Source: Ignavibacteriota bacterium
GTDB taxonomy: Bacteria > Bacteroidota > Ignavibacteria > UBA10030
Direction: 5' to 3'
Assembly (NCBI GenBank): GCA_963769605.1
Contig: CAVYML010000003.1
Coordinates: forward strand, 490,562-554,561
DNA length: 64,000 bases
Each line of letters opens with the position of its first letter. Positions within the stretch are counted from its first letter, which is position 1. The notes beneath the pieces were generated by a model. The model searched no databases, had not been told where the DNA came from, and saw only the letters and a program-made list of their open reading frames with translations. This document shows positions 1 through 9,851 of the stretch, piece after piece. A program made the position numbers and the translations under genes.

Positions 1-354
1 ATCAGGAGGCGGCGTCAGGATTCTTGCCCCGGCCGGTTTAGTCCGAATATTTTCAATAATCACGCCGTCCCGCAGCTTTTGCAACGCATCCTCTATCGGA
101 ATGCCTTCGAGCTGAGCCCAGTATGTTCGGGGATGTTCGAATGCAGGATCGATAAGCAGGTGCTTAACGCTGTTGTCGTTTGTAAGCAGCAACAAGCCTT
201 CACTATCTGCGTCGAGCCTTCCAACCGGATAAACATCCAGAGGAAAAGGACCAAATTCCCGGAGGGAACGATATCCTGCCTGATGCGTGAATTGAGAGAG
301 GACTCCGAAAGGTTTATTGAACAGGATATATGTTTTTGCAAAAGGCAGAGCCAT
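1..354 (-). CDS. Partial pseudouridine synthase of the RluE/RsuA family. The N-terminus is at 354; the C-terminus runs off the window edge.
   Basis: Minus-strand translation from the ATG at 354..352 reads MALPFAKTYILFNKPFGVLSQF...DVYPVGRLDADSEGLLLLTNDNSVKHLL...YWAQLEGIP. This is the catalytic-Asp GRLD motif plus an E. coli RluE-like N-terminus. The ORF-track ORFs at 93..359(-) and 79..381(+) are in other frames. Confidence 0.6.
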   Translation of the reverse strand, partial: MALPFAKTYILFNKPFGVLSQFTHQAGYRSLREFGPFPLDVYPVGRLDADSEGLLLLTNDNSVKHLLIDPAFEHPRTYWAQLEGIPIEDALQKLRDGVIIENIRTKPAGARILTPPPD

Positions 355-461
355 GGCACGCCGTCGGTTCAGAGGAAATGAATGTGATTTGTTGTGAAAA
401 AAAAATCCCTCATGAACCAATATTAATGAGGGATTTCCGGTACAAACGTAAAGCTGATTTC

Positions 462-2978
462 CTAATTCAGACCGCTGACTTCGCCCGTCGGTTCAATGAG
501 CGGTTCGTTATGCTGTTCTTCAAGCGCGTTGACAAAGTAAAGTTCTTCTTTCTCTTTATTGAGATGCGCGACCACAATGGAACCGCTTATGAATGTGCCT
601 TTGAGGATCTCTTCTGCGAGAGGATCTTCGACATATTTCATAACTGCCCGGCGCAGGGGACGGGCTCCGAAGGACGGATCGAATCCTTTGTCTGCCAGGA
701 ATTCTTTTACATCGTGTGTGAGTTCGATTGAAATGCCCATCGAATTCATCCGCTTGAAAAGTTCTTTTGCAGTGATCTCTATAATCTGAATAATGTGATC
801 CCGTTCGAGCTGGTGGAAAATGAGCGTATCGTCCACACGGTTGAGAAATTCCGGATTAAAAACACGCTTGAGCGCATCTTCGATGCCGGATTTCATACTC
901 TTATATTTGTCGCTGTGCGTTTCCGTAACGAATCCTAATCCGCCGCCGGTTTTAATGTCTCTTGAACCGACATTCGACGTCATAATGAGAATAGTATTTT
1001 TAAAGTCCACACGGCGTCCGTTGCTGTCGGTTAAAAGTCCATCATCCAGAACCTGTAGCAGAATATTGAAAACATCCGGATGTGCTTTTTCGATTTCATC
1101 CAGGAGAACGACGGATAACGGTTTCCGCCGGACTTTTTCCGTCAACTGTCCCCCTTCTTCGTAGCCGACGTAGCCCGGAGGCGCGCCGACGAGGCGGGAA
1201 ACCGAGAATTTTTCCATGTACTCGCTCATATCTATACGCACGAGTGCATCTTCGGAATCGAAAAGATAACGGGCTAGAGCTTTCGCCATTTCCGTCTTTC
1301 CGACGCCTGTGGGACCGAGGAAAATAAACGAACCGATAGGGCGTTTTGGATCTTTCAATCCGGCGCGGGCACGGCGTATGGCTTTGGTTAATTTCGAAAT
1401 TGCTTCATCCTGTCCGATAATGACGGTCTTCAAAACTTCTTCCATTTTGAGAAGTTTTTCAGATTCGCTTTGAGCAACCTTCTGCACGGGAATATTCGTC
1501 ATCATCGAGACGACTGCCGCACAATCTTCTTCCGTTACATCGTAGATTGTGTGCGCTTCCTTAAGGTCCCATTCCCGCTTTGCTATTTCCAGATCGTTGA
1601 GGAGTTTTTTCTCCAGATCTCTCAAACGTGCAGCTTCTTCAAAATTCTGATTTTTGACGACTTGGTTTTTCGATTGACGTATCTTTTCTATCTCTTCTTC
1701 GAGCTGCAGCACTTCTTTTGGTACTTTGATGTTCGCCAGGTGAACCCGCGAACCGGCTTCATCCATAACGTCGATCGCTTTGTCGGGCAAAAATCGGTCC
1801 GTGATATAACGATCGCTCAACCGTACTGCCGCATCGAGCGCCTTATCGTCGTAGAGGACGCTATGATGTTCTTCGTACTTGGATTTGATGTTCTGCAAAA
1901 TTTTTATCGTTTCATCGACCGTTGTAGCATCGACCATAATCTTCTGAAACCGACGATCGAGCGCTCCGTCTTTTTCGATATACTGGCGGTACTCGTCCAG
2001 CGTCGTTGCACCGATGCATTGCAGATCCCCCCGTGCAAGTGCCGGCTTGAACATATTCGAAGCGTCGAGAGAACCGCTTGCTCCGCCGGCACCGACGATC
2101 GTATGTAGCTCATCAATAAACAAAATAACGTCTTTTGCTTTTTCCAGCTCGTTCATAACGGCTTTCATGCGCTCTTCAAATTGACCGCGATATTTTGTTC
2201 CGGCAACCAGCGCTGCCAAATCAAGAGTAACGACTCGTTTTTCGTGGAGAACGCGCGAAACTTTTTTTTGAACGATCCGGATGGCAAGTCCCTCTGCAAT
2301 TGCGGATTTACCCACGCCCGGTTCACCGATGAGAACGGGATTGTTTTTCTTTCTCCGGCTGAGGACCTGTGCGACCCGCTCGATTTCTTTTTCACGTCCG
2401 ACGATGGGATCCAGCTTGTCTTCCATCGCCAGCTTTGTTAGATCGCGTCCGAAATTGTCGAGCACAGGTGTCTTTGATCTGTCCTGTTTCTTGTCCTGCT
2501 GCGAATGAGCAGACGGCTGCGGTGCCGCAGCGCCTGCAGGTTTTCCGGAAATGATGTTGTCTAATTCATTGCGCACGATATCATAATGGACATTGAATTG
2601 GTGCAGAATTTGAGCCGCAATATTGTCGTCATCCCGCAAAAGAGAAAGGAGCAGGTGTTCCGTTCCTATAACATCGGATTTGTACAATTTGGCTTCGAGG
2701 TACGTAATTTTTAAAACCTTTTCCGCTTGCTTTGTCAATGGGATATTGCCGATTGTTAATGTGCCGCCTGAAGTCCGGACTGTATCTTCTATTGCTTTTT
2801 TTAGTTTATAAAGATCGACATTGAGATTCCTGAGAATCTTTACTGCAATGCCTTCTCCTTCGCGAATTATACCAAGGAGAAGATGTTCCGTTCCGATATA
2901 ATCGTGGCCGAGCCGCAGAGCTTCCTCCCGGCTTAATCGAATAACGTCTTGAACCCTATTTGAAAAATTACCTTCCAT
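462..2978 (-). CDS. clpC: ATP-dependent Clp protease ATP-binding subunit ClpC (class III stress chaperone).
   Basis: 838 aa. Two N-terminal Clp_N repeats, two AAA+ modules (GEPGVGKS and GPTGVGKT Walker A motifs), and a UVR-like coiled coil between them. Confidence 0.9.
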   Translation of the reverse strand: MEGNFSNRVQDVIRLSREEALRLGHDYIGTEHLLLGIIREGEGIAVKILRNLNVDLYKLKKAIEDTVRTSGGTLTIGNIPLTKQAEKVLKITYLEAKLYKSDVIGTEHLLLSLLRDDDNIAAQILHQFNVHYDIVRNELDNIISGKPAGAAAPQPSAHSQQDKKQDRSKTPVLDNFGRDLTKLAMEDKLDPIVGREKEIERVAQVLSRRKKNNPVLIGEPGVGKSAIAEGLAIRIVQKKVSRVLHEKRVVTLDLAALVAGTKYRGQFEERMKAVMNELEKAKDVILFIDELHTIVGAGGASGSLDASNMFKPALARGDLQCIGATTLDEYRQYIEKDGALDRRFQKIMVDATTVDETIKILQNIKSKYEEHHSVLYDDKALDAAVRLSDRYITDRFLPDKAIDVMDEAGSRVHLANIKVPKEVLQLEEEIEKIRQSKNQVVKNQNFEEAARLRDLEKKLLNDLEIAKREWDLKEAHTIYDVTEEDCAAVVSMMTNIPVQKVAQSESEKLLKMEEVLKTVIIGQDEAISKLTKAIRRARAGLKDPKRPIGSFIFLGPTGVGKTEMAKALARYLFDSEDALVRIDMSEYMEKFSVSRLVGAPPGYVGYEEGGQLTEKVRRKPLSVVLLDEIEKAHPDVFNILLQVLDDGLLTDSNGRRVDFKNTILIMTSNVGSRDIKTGGGLGFVTETHSDKYKSMKSGIEDALKRVFNPEFLNRVDDTLIFHQLERDHIIQIIEITAKELFKRMNSMGISIELTHDVKEFLADKGFDPSFGARPLRRAVMKYVEDPLAEEILKGTFISGSIVVAHLNKEKEELYFVNALEEQHNEPLIEPTGEVSGLN

Positions 2979-3240
2979 TGTATTCCTTAGCTATATAAAA
3001 TTTAATAACTTTTACTTTATTGTTAAACGGATAGCATTCCTTGAAAGTTTCTCTTTAATATAACCTTTTTTAAAAGGGGTGTCAAGAAACAGCGTTTTAT
3101 GCGTTTTTCGGTTAAAACAGAGAAAATAAATATTCAAAATGCGATTTTATTGATAGGTGCTTGAATCAGATTCGTTTCTTTTCTACATTAGTGCATCTGA
3201 TTTACCACAATCATGTGTCAATCCAGAAATCGGAGGTTCT

Positions 3241-3699
3241 ATGAAAAACGTAATTATAGCGATTCTTTCGCTGTTTGCCGTCCTTTTGTCGGGATGCAAT
3301 ACTTTGACTCTCAAGCCCGGAGATTTTTCATGGCCGGTTGAATCCGTTCTTAAAGTGAACGAAAAAGGAATTATTCAAGATCCCCGTCACTGTTTCTCCG
3401 TGAACGTAAAAGCTCTTTCTTTTGCCGAGTTTCAGGATTCGACCGCCATTAAAACAACACTCCGGATTATTCGAGATGTGGAAGGATATTATTATATCAC
3501 TGCGCCGAAATTTAAAGACGTGTATGTTTTTGAAGATGCAGAGGGGAGCCTTCAATTGAAGAAATTCATTCCGGTAAAGGAACAGGGACTTGAATCGCCC
3601 GCTTTCAACCAACGAGTACCATATATTCAATTGATCAATGAGAATGATCCCGTGTTGCTGTTGAACAAAGAGGGCATACACGAAGGAGCAAAAAAATGA
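3241..3699 (+). CDS. Hypothetical lipoprotein.
   Basis: ATG at 3241 preceded by GGAGG. Signal peptide MKNVIIAILSLFAVLLSGCNT with an LSGC lipobox. Its stop overlaps the next gene's start (ATGA). Confidence 0.55.
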   Translation: MKNVIIAILSLFAVLLSGCNTLTLKPGDFSWPVESVLKVNEKGIIQDPRHCFSVNVKALSFAEFQDSTAIKTTLRIIRDVEGYYYITAPKFKDVYVFEDAEGSLQLKKFIPVKEQGLESPAFNQRVPYIQLINENDPVLLLNKEGIHEGAKK

Positions 3700-4988
3700 A
3701 AACCGTTCTCGTTTCGATGATTATGAGCTTTCTCATGTTTGTACCGTTGACCGCTCAGCAGAAATCCGACTTTGCAACAGTTGAAAAATTTCAGGCAAAA
3801 GTCAAATCAATAACAAAATCGATTGAGACTGCTACGACAGCACAAGAATGTGCTGAGATTAGCAGCGTCCTTGATGCCACCGAGAAAGAATTCAAAGAGT
3901 ACAAAGAATTGCTGGATAATTCACTATATCCGGACAATTACCTGACCATGATATCCGATTTGCATGGAAGACTGCTCGTACGTCAGCGGGATTTGGGAAT
4001 TATCGAAACACAGGTGACGCATATCACGGAATTGGAAGCGAAGATCAAGGAAATCTCCGAGCAGATCGGAAAGCTGAATGAACAAAATGAAAAGCTGCTG
4101 GCCGATGTGCAGCGGCTTTCACAGAACGTGCAGAAGCTGACCGGCGATGCATTCTCATCTTTAACGCCGATCGATTCTCTCCGCCGCCAAATCGTCCAGT
4201 TGCATGCGGGACTTGCGGAACGCGATGCGCTTATCTTCTCTCTTGTCGACAGCTTGTTCTTGCAGTACGATAAGAATGTCACAGATATGAAAGATGTAGA
4301 GCGGCAAGGGCTTCTCGGCAAAGTTGAACATCACGGAATCTTTGCCAATATCAAACGCTCGCTGCAGGACAATCTGTCGTTCATCGAAGCAACGACTTTA
4401 AAGCAGAGCGACATGGCCTCCATTCTAAAGCAGCAGCAGCAGTTCCGAACGCAGTGGACCGGTATCGGCCCGAAGCTTGCCGGATTGTACGCGGGCAAAC
4501 AAAAAAAGAACGATGTTGCTCTTGTAGACTCAATGCTCCAGCAATGGTCGAGTAAGGTGGATGCTGCTACATGGCGTTCGCTCAATACACTCTTTAAAGA
4601 AAAAGAGGTATGGATCAAAGAGTTCACCAATGGGGACGAGTTCTCTGATAACCTTATCGCTTTTATCGACACACAAATAAAGAATGGGGGAGGGCAGTCG
4701 CAAGAGGCACGTTATACATTTTTCAAAAATTTTGATGAGAACGTGTGGACGCCGGAATTGAGCCCTTGGCTGGCTTCTCTCGTAGACGCTCAAAAAATCA
4801 CTCCCGATCAAAAGAAAAACATTGAAGGAAAAGTTCTGGAATGGAGATCTGCCGTCAAGCCGGGATCATTTCTATGGATCTATATCGGCATAGTCATCGT
4901 TCTCCTCGTTCTCGGCGGAGCAGTTCTCTTCGTTCGGAGGAAAAAAATCGTTTTGCCGAAACCCGCTCCACCCCATCAAAGCACCTGA
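3696..4988 (+). CDS. Hypothetical secreted coiled-coil protein with a C-terminal transmembrane anchor.
   Basis: 430 aa. N-terminal signal peptide, a long heptad-like Q/E/L-rich region, and a C-terminal hydrophobic helix followed by RRKK. Translationally coupled to the upstream lipoprotein. Confidence 0.6.
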   Translation: MKTVLVSMIMSFLMFVPLTAQQKSDFATVEKFQAKVKSITKSIETATTAQECAEISSVLDATEKEFKEYKELLDNSLYPDNYLTMISDLHGRLLVRQRDLGIIETQVTHITELEAKIKEISEQIGKLNEQNEKLLADVQRLSQNVQKLTGDAFSSLTPIDSLRRQIVQLHAGLAERDALIFSLVDSLFLQYDKNVTDMKDVERQGLLGKVEHHGIFANIKRSLQDNLSFIEATTLKQSDMASILKQQQQFRTQWTGIGPKLAGLYAGKQKKNDVALVDSMLQQWSSKVDAATWRSLNTLFKEKEVWIKEFTNGDEFSDNLIAFIDTQIKNGGGQSQEARYTFFKNFDENVWTPELSPWLASLVDAQKITPDQKKNIEGKVLEWRSAVKPGSFLWIYIGIVIVLLVLGGAVLFVRRKKIVLPKPAPPHQST

Positions 4989-5019
4989 CAGAATTCCGGC
5001 CCAAGAAGGTTGTCTCAAA

Positions 5020-5050
5020 GCCTCACCGACGAATCGGCGGGGCTTTTTTA
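5020..5050 (+). terminator. Candidate Rho-independent terminator after the 3696..4988 gene.
   Basis: Imperfect GC-rich hairpin (gcctcaccgacgaatcggcggggc) followed by TTTTTT. Confidence 0.35.
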
Positions 5051-5515
5051 TTCATATATCGGGCTCCAAACAGGATTAATTACTTTATCATCCTTTAGGG
5101 CTATTCCCGGTTAACAAACTTATCCATAAGTTTTTTTGCTGTCAGGATAGAAGAGAAGTATTTATCCTTGAAAGGATTGAACTATAAGATTCGTATCATT
5201 CAATGTCGTGCATATGGTCTGCGAGATGAAGAATATCTCCGACTCAAGATCTAAACTTGTATGTTGGACAAATAATGTCTGTCTCATTTTGCCAATATTC
5301 ACCCACTCGCAAAGGAGAAGAGCCTTTATTCGGTTTCCTGCCGAATGGATGAGTTTGATTATGCGGCTCGATTACTGCAGGAAAAATTGCAAAAAATGTA
5401 ATCTTGTAAAGAAAATATTCGATATATGTGACAAAACAGCCCTAATGTGGATCTTTTCTCATGGCACAACTGTTGCTTAAATATAAATAAAGAGAGACCG
5501 AAAAAAGGAGAAAAC

Positions 5516-5659
5516 ATGGTCTATATTGCAATTGTCATCGGTTATTGTCTCGCGCTTTTCTTGTTGATTCGCCTTTTTGATGCCATGCATCATTGGGACG
5601 AAGATGTGGATGAAATGATGGATGAAATTCACAAAGAATTAAAGCAGAAAGCAGCTTAG
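5516..5659 (+). CDS. Small hypothetical membrane protein (47 aa).
   Basis: ATG at 5516 with an AAAGGAG RBS. One hydrophobic helix followed by an acidic tail. Confidence 0.3.
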   Translation: MVYIAIVIGYCLALFLLIRLFDAMHHWDEDVDEMMDEIHKELKQKAA

Positions 5660-5675
5660 ACAAGGGTCAGCAAAA

Positions 5676-6773
5676 TTATTTTTGCACCCGGAAAAGGTTG
5701 ATAATTCCAGCCGAAAAGAAAATAAAATTTGCCATCCAGGCTGTGATGAATGGGTCAAGATCGCCGTTGTAACCGAACACTTGACTTGCCTTCATGAAAG
5801 CGAGATAAAGGAAGGTCACGGCAGTGGCAATACCGAAGCCGAGAGCGGCTCCCGTGCGCGGGCGCCCTGAGGCAAACGGAACCGCAAAGAGCACCATAAT
5901 AACACTCGCGAAGGGGAACGCGATTTTCGCATGATATTCCACCGACCAGCGGGAAATATCCTGTCCGGCTTTCAACTGGTTTTGAATAAACTCCCTCAGA
6001 TCTGTATAATTCATTTCATCGGGCGTTCTCTGCTTTTTTTCAATATCCTCCGGAGTAAGGGAAAGCTCATCAAACGGAAGCTCGTTGAAAGATGTTAGTG
6101 TCTGCCCTGTATCCGCAAATTGGCGATAAGTCCCGCGCAGAAGAACCCATGAGCCTGTCTTTCGCCGTGCATCGATTCTCCAGCGCATTTGCATCGCATC
6201 ATAGCGTTTGATGAGTTTTGTCCCATCCTTCGGGGAAAAATCCTGTATGCTGACTCTATTAGCAATCTGCGTTTGCGTGTCGTAGTAATTGACTGAAATT
6301 ACCTCTGTTGCACCGACCTGAAAAAACAAATTGAATTTTACGGAGGGCTGGTATCCCCGGTTTAAATGCGTCCGCTCGATGTAAAATTTTTTCTGATTGG
6401 CATACGGCACAAGCCATCCGTTGACATAAATCGAAAGAAGACTGATCATCAATGCAACGATTATAAACGGCGCAAGAATGCGATACATGCTTATGCCGCT
6501 TGCCTTCAGCGCAGCTAATTCGTTTTGCGATGAAAGCCGCCCTACGACAAAAAGCGCAGCAAGGAGGACGGCAACCGGGATCATGAGCTTAATGATCTCG
6601 GGAGAGTATGCAAGATAGTATTGAAAGATAACGGCCGATGGAGCATTTGCTTCTATAAAATCATCCAGTTTTTCCATCATATCGATGATGATAAAAATAA
6701 TCAGAAAGGCAAGAATTCCGAACAGCCATGAAATCAGGAATTGGCGGATGATGTACCGGTCGATAAGCTTCAC
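5676..6773 (-). CDS. LPS export ABC transporter permease, LptF/LptG (YjgP/YjgQ) family.
   Basis: 365 aa. N-terminal TM bundle, a periplasmic beta-jellyroll-like middle region and C-terminal TMs. Paired with a second family member. Confidence 0.8.
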   Translation of the reverse strand: MKLIDRYIIRQFLISWLFGILAFLIIFIIIDMMEKLDDFIEANAPSAVIFQYYLAYSPEIIKLMIPVAVLLAALFVVGRLSSQNELAALKASGISMYRILAPFIIVALMISLLSIYVNGWLVPYANQKKFYIERTHLNRGYQPSVKFNLFFQVGATEVISVNYYDTQTQIANRVSIQDFSPKDGTKLIKRYDAMQMRWRIDARRKTGSWVLLRGTYRQFADTGQTLTSFNELPFDELSLTPEDIEKKQRTPDEMNYTDLREFIQNQLKAGQDISRWSVEYHAKIAFPFASVIMVLFAVPFASGRPRTGAALGFGIATAVTFLYLAFMKASQVFGYNGDLDPFITAWMANFIFFSAGIINLFRVQK

Positions 6774-8104
6774 AGATTATCCTTCGGAATTTGAGCGTCG
6801 GCACGCCATGATTTAGGAATCAATTTTGAGAACCAGGACCAATCGATGATCACATTTTCGTTTGCTACCTTATATGTCAGATATATTCCCACAACGCCGA
6901 GAATAATGTTTGCCATCCACATGCTCAACCATGGGGCAATCAGCCCGTGATCCGCAAGTGTTTCTCCGCCGCGCAGGCATGCCCAATATAGCGTAAAGAA
7001 ACCAAGGCTTAGACTTGCCCCCACACCGAACGTTCCGCGCCTGGCCATAATTCCAAGAGGAGCGCCGATCAGGACAAAAACGAGACAGGCGCACGGGATG
7101 GAATATTTTTTGTGAATCTCAACCAAATATTTCCCGGCTTCCAGTTCGTATAAATGCGCGACGAATTTTTTGTTTTCGATAGTCTGCTTGAGCATTGTTG
7201 ATGAAACCGGCGAACTGGAAGAAGGAGAAGATCCTGTTTTTAAGAGTAAAAGCGTTTGCTTTGCCGCGTCCTCTTCTTTGTGCTGCAAATTTCGCAGGCT
7301 ATCGACTTTGATGCGCATATCGCTCGCGTTCATTTCACGATCGCCGCGGGGAGTAAAATTTTGATCGGTTCTTTGAAAATTAAACCCTTCTGCTTCCATG
7401 ACGATGCGGTGTTTTTGAAAACGAATGATTCTATACTGTCCTTTGATACCGGTGTTAAGCTGATGAATTTCCCCATCCCAGAGATCCATAATAAGTTTTA
7501 GATAATCCGGTGAAAAGGAAATAGTACCTCTCTGTGCGGTAATCGTTGTTGAAAATGCGGGTCTGGAATAGTCGAAAATAGAAACGCCCTCGAGATCATT
7601 CGAATGCTCGAAGGTCTTGTGTACGAGAATTGTATGCCCCTGCATAAGCTGAGTAAACATGCCGGGGACCAGCGAGAGTGTCGGCTTTTTCCGCGAAATG
7701 TCGTTCATGAGTGTTCGTGTCCTGTGGTTCGCGTTCGGCAAAACGTCATTGTTAAAGAGGATCATTGCATAGCAAAGGAACACGGAAGCGACTGCCACAG
7801 GGGCCATCATTTTGTAGAGACTGACGCCGCTTGCACGAATGGCGGTTATTTCGTTCGTTGAAGCCAGCTTTCCGAATGCCATGAGCGTGGCAACAAGCAC
7901 CCCCATGGGAACGGCAAGGACAAGCATCCATGCAAGATTAAGGACAACAAGTTCAACTATTATTGCCGTGCTAAGCCCTTTTCCCGCCAATTGATCCAGA
8001 AATTTCATCAGAAACTGGAGAAGGAAAATGCACATCACGAGCAAAACGGAAAAGAAGAAAGGAAGAATATGTGAACGCAGAATATGTCGCCAGAGTATGA
8101 TCAT
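6770..8104 (-). CDS. LPS export ABC transporter permease, LptF/LptG family (second copy).
   Basis: 444 aa with the same architecture. Overlaps its partner by 4 nt. Confidence 0.8.
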   Translation of the reverse strand: MIILWRHILRSHILPFFFSVLLVMCIFLLQFLMKFLDQLAGKGLSTAIIVELVVLNLAWMLVLAVPMGVLVATLMAFGKLASTNEITAIRASGVSLYKMMAPVAVASVFLCYAMILFNNDVLPNANHRTRTLMNDISRKKPTLSLVPGMFTQLMQGHTILVHKTFEHSNDLEGVSIFDYSRPAFSTTITAQRGTISFSPDYLKLIMDLWDGEIHQLNTGIKGQYRIIRFQKHRIVMEAEGFNFQRTDQNFTPRGDREMNASDMRIKVDSLRNLQHKEEDAAKQTLLLLKTGSSPSSSSPVSSTMLKQTIENKKFVAHLYELEAGKYLVEIHKKYSIPCACLVFVLIGAPLGIMARRGTFGVGASLSLGFFTLYWACLRGGETLADHGLIAPWLSMWMANIILGVVGIYLTYKVANENVIIDWSWFSKLIPKSWRADAQIPKDNL

Positions 8105-8255
8105 AGACTATGGAATATAGTGAGAATGTTGTGCGTTTACAAGATATTGCCTTTACGCCCTGCACTCGCTATATTAAATTAATTGGATTTTTCAATACAT
8201 ATGTTTCCAGAAACAGTAATCGGTTCCTCATCCAAATTGTCTTCATGAGGTTATA

Positions 8256-9848
8256 GTGGTTTCGCAGCAAGAGAAGAGGTCGGCTGTTGATAAAATCATC
8301 GAGCCGGATTCAAGCGGACAACTCCAGCTCATCCAATTGTTGCAGCGTCATCTTCTGGCTGCTCTGGATATAGAATCTGTTGTACGAAAAATCAAGGAAT
8401 TGTTTCCGCGATATTTCGGCGTTGACTCCGTCACTATTTTATTATACGATCCGACACATGATGTCCTTCTCGACAAGGGATTTGCGGGGGTTTTTCATGC
8501 CAACGAGAAATCGCTTTCCAATCCGAAATCCACGACGTTGGGTATTTTCAAAAAATCATTCCGTGAAGGCGTGCCGATTGCCGTAGAAGATTGTCTTTCT
8601 TCCGATCTTCTTCCGAAGCAATATTGCGTGGATCACAGTCTGCAATCGTTGATTGCAGTTCCTATCATTATGAAAGACCGGACCTTCGGCGTCTTAAGTC
8701 TCGAATATACATCGTACCAGCATCAATTTGTCAGGCCGGAAATTTCTTTCTATTTGGTTGTTGCGGAACTGGTTGCGCTCGTCCTTGAGAATATCCGGCA
8801 ATTGAACGAAAAAAAATTCTCCCGGGATTTTTTGGATGACACAGAAGACGGTTATTTTCGGCTTTTCGAAGCTGTGCCCATAGGTCTTTTCCGCGGCACT
8901 CCCGACGGCAAGCTTCTTCGAATCAATCCGGCATTGGTCCACATCCTGGGATATCCGGACAGGGAAACCTTGCTTGCCACGAACGCCTTTGACCTGTATG
9001 TTAAGAAGGAAGACAGGGAACGATGGAAAGCGGAAGTTCTCAAAGGTGCGCGCGAATACGATCTGGAAGTTCAGCTTCAGCGCTTAGATGGAACTATTAT
9101 TTGGGTGCGGCTTAGCTGCAATGCAATGCGCTCTGCCGACGGGACGATTCTCCATTACGATGGAGCCATAGCGGATGTTTCCGAAGAGAAGATTGCGGAC
9201 TCCCGCATCAAAGAAGCGTACCAGGAAAAGGAACTGCTTTTAAAAGAAATCCATCACCGGGTAAAGAACAATTTGCAAATTATCTCGAGCCTCTTGAACC
9301 TTCAATCGGATTACCTTCGCGATCCGTACGATGCTGAGTTGTTCAAACAAAGCCAGGCACGCGTCAAAGCGATGGCGCTGCTGCACGAAAAATTGTATCA
9401 ATCCCCCGATCTTGCACGAATCGATTTCGGCGCATACCTGCATTCGCTTGTGGCGCATTTGTTCCAATCGTATCAAACTTCGGCCGTTTCGATCGGGTAT
9501 TCCATCGATGCCGATAACGTCCACTTCGATATAGATACGGCAATTCCGTGCGGATTGATCGTCGGAGAGTTGGTTTCCAACTGTTTGAAACATGCATTCC
9601 GCGGGCGAACACAAGGGCATGTGTGGATTTCCGTCGGACATTTCGACGCCCGGACAATTCGTTTGAGCGTTGCCGATAACGGCATCGGTATGAAAGAAAC
9701 TACCGAGAATGTAAAGAGTGCAGCACTGGGTTTGGAGCTTGTAAAAACATTGTCCGATCAAATTTCTGCGGTACTCGATATTCAGCGTCAAGAAGGTACG
9801 CGGGTAACATTACTATTTAAAGGACGTATTAAGCGGGAAGGTACATAG
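8256..9848 (+). CDS. Sensor histidine kinase: GAF-PAS-HisKA_2-HATPase.
   Basis: GTG start. HisKA_2 H-box EIHHRVKNNLQIISSLLNLQ. ATPase G-box VADNGIGM. Confidence 0.8.
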   Translation: MVSQQEKRSAVDKIIEPDSSGQLQLIQLLQRHLLAALDIESVVRKIKELFPRYFGVDSVTILLYDPTHDVLLDKGFAGVFHANEKSLSNPKSTTLGIFKKSFREGVPIAVEDCLSSDLLPKQYCVDHSLQSLIAVPIIMKDRTFGVLSLEYTSYQHQFVRPEISFYLVVAELVALVLENIRQLNEKKFSRDFLDDTEDGYFRLFEAVPIGLFRGTPDGKLLRINPALVHILGYPDRETLLATNAFDLYVKKEDRERWKAEVLKGAREYDLEVQLQRLDGTIIWVRLSCNAMRSADGTILHYDGAIADVSEEKIADSRIKEAYQEKELLLKEIHHRVKNNLQIISSLLNLQSDYLRDPYDAELFKQSQARVKAMALLHEKLYQSPDLARIDFGAYLHSLVAHLFQSYQTSAVSIGYSIDADNVHFDIDTAIPCGLIVGELVSNCLKHAFRGRTQGHVWISVGHFDARTIRLSVADNGIGMKETTENVKSAALGLELVKTLSDQISAVLDIQRQEGTRVTLLFKGRIKREGT

Positions 9849-9851
9849 GAT

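Noticed and set aside
79-731. ORF-track ORFs 79..381(+), 93..359(-) and 330..731(+).
   Set aside because: They overlap the RluE-like and ClpC reading frames and carry no recognisable motifs. The true RluE frame is a third frame that the track did not list because of the window edge.
2165-2811. Small antisense ORFs inside clpC (for example 2181..2441 and 2281..2508).
   Set aside because: They lie entirely within a confidently identified long gene. No support.
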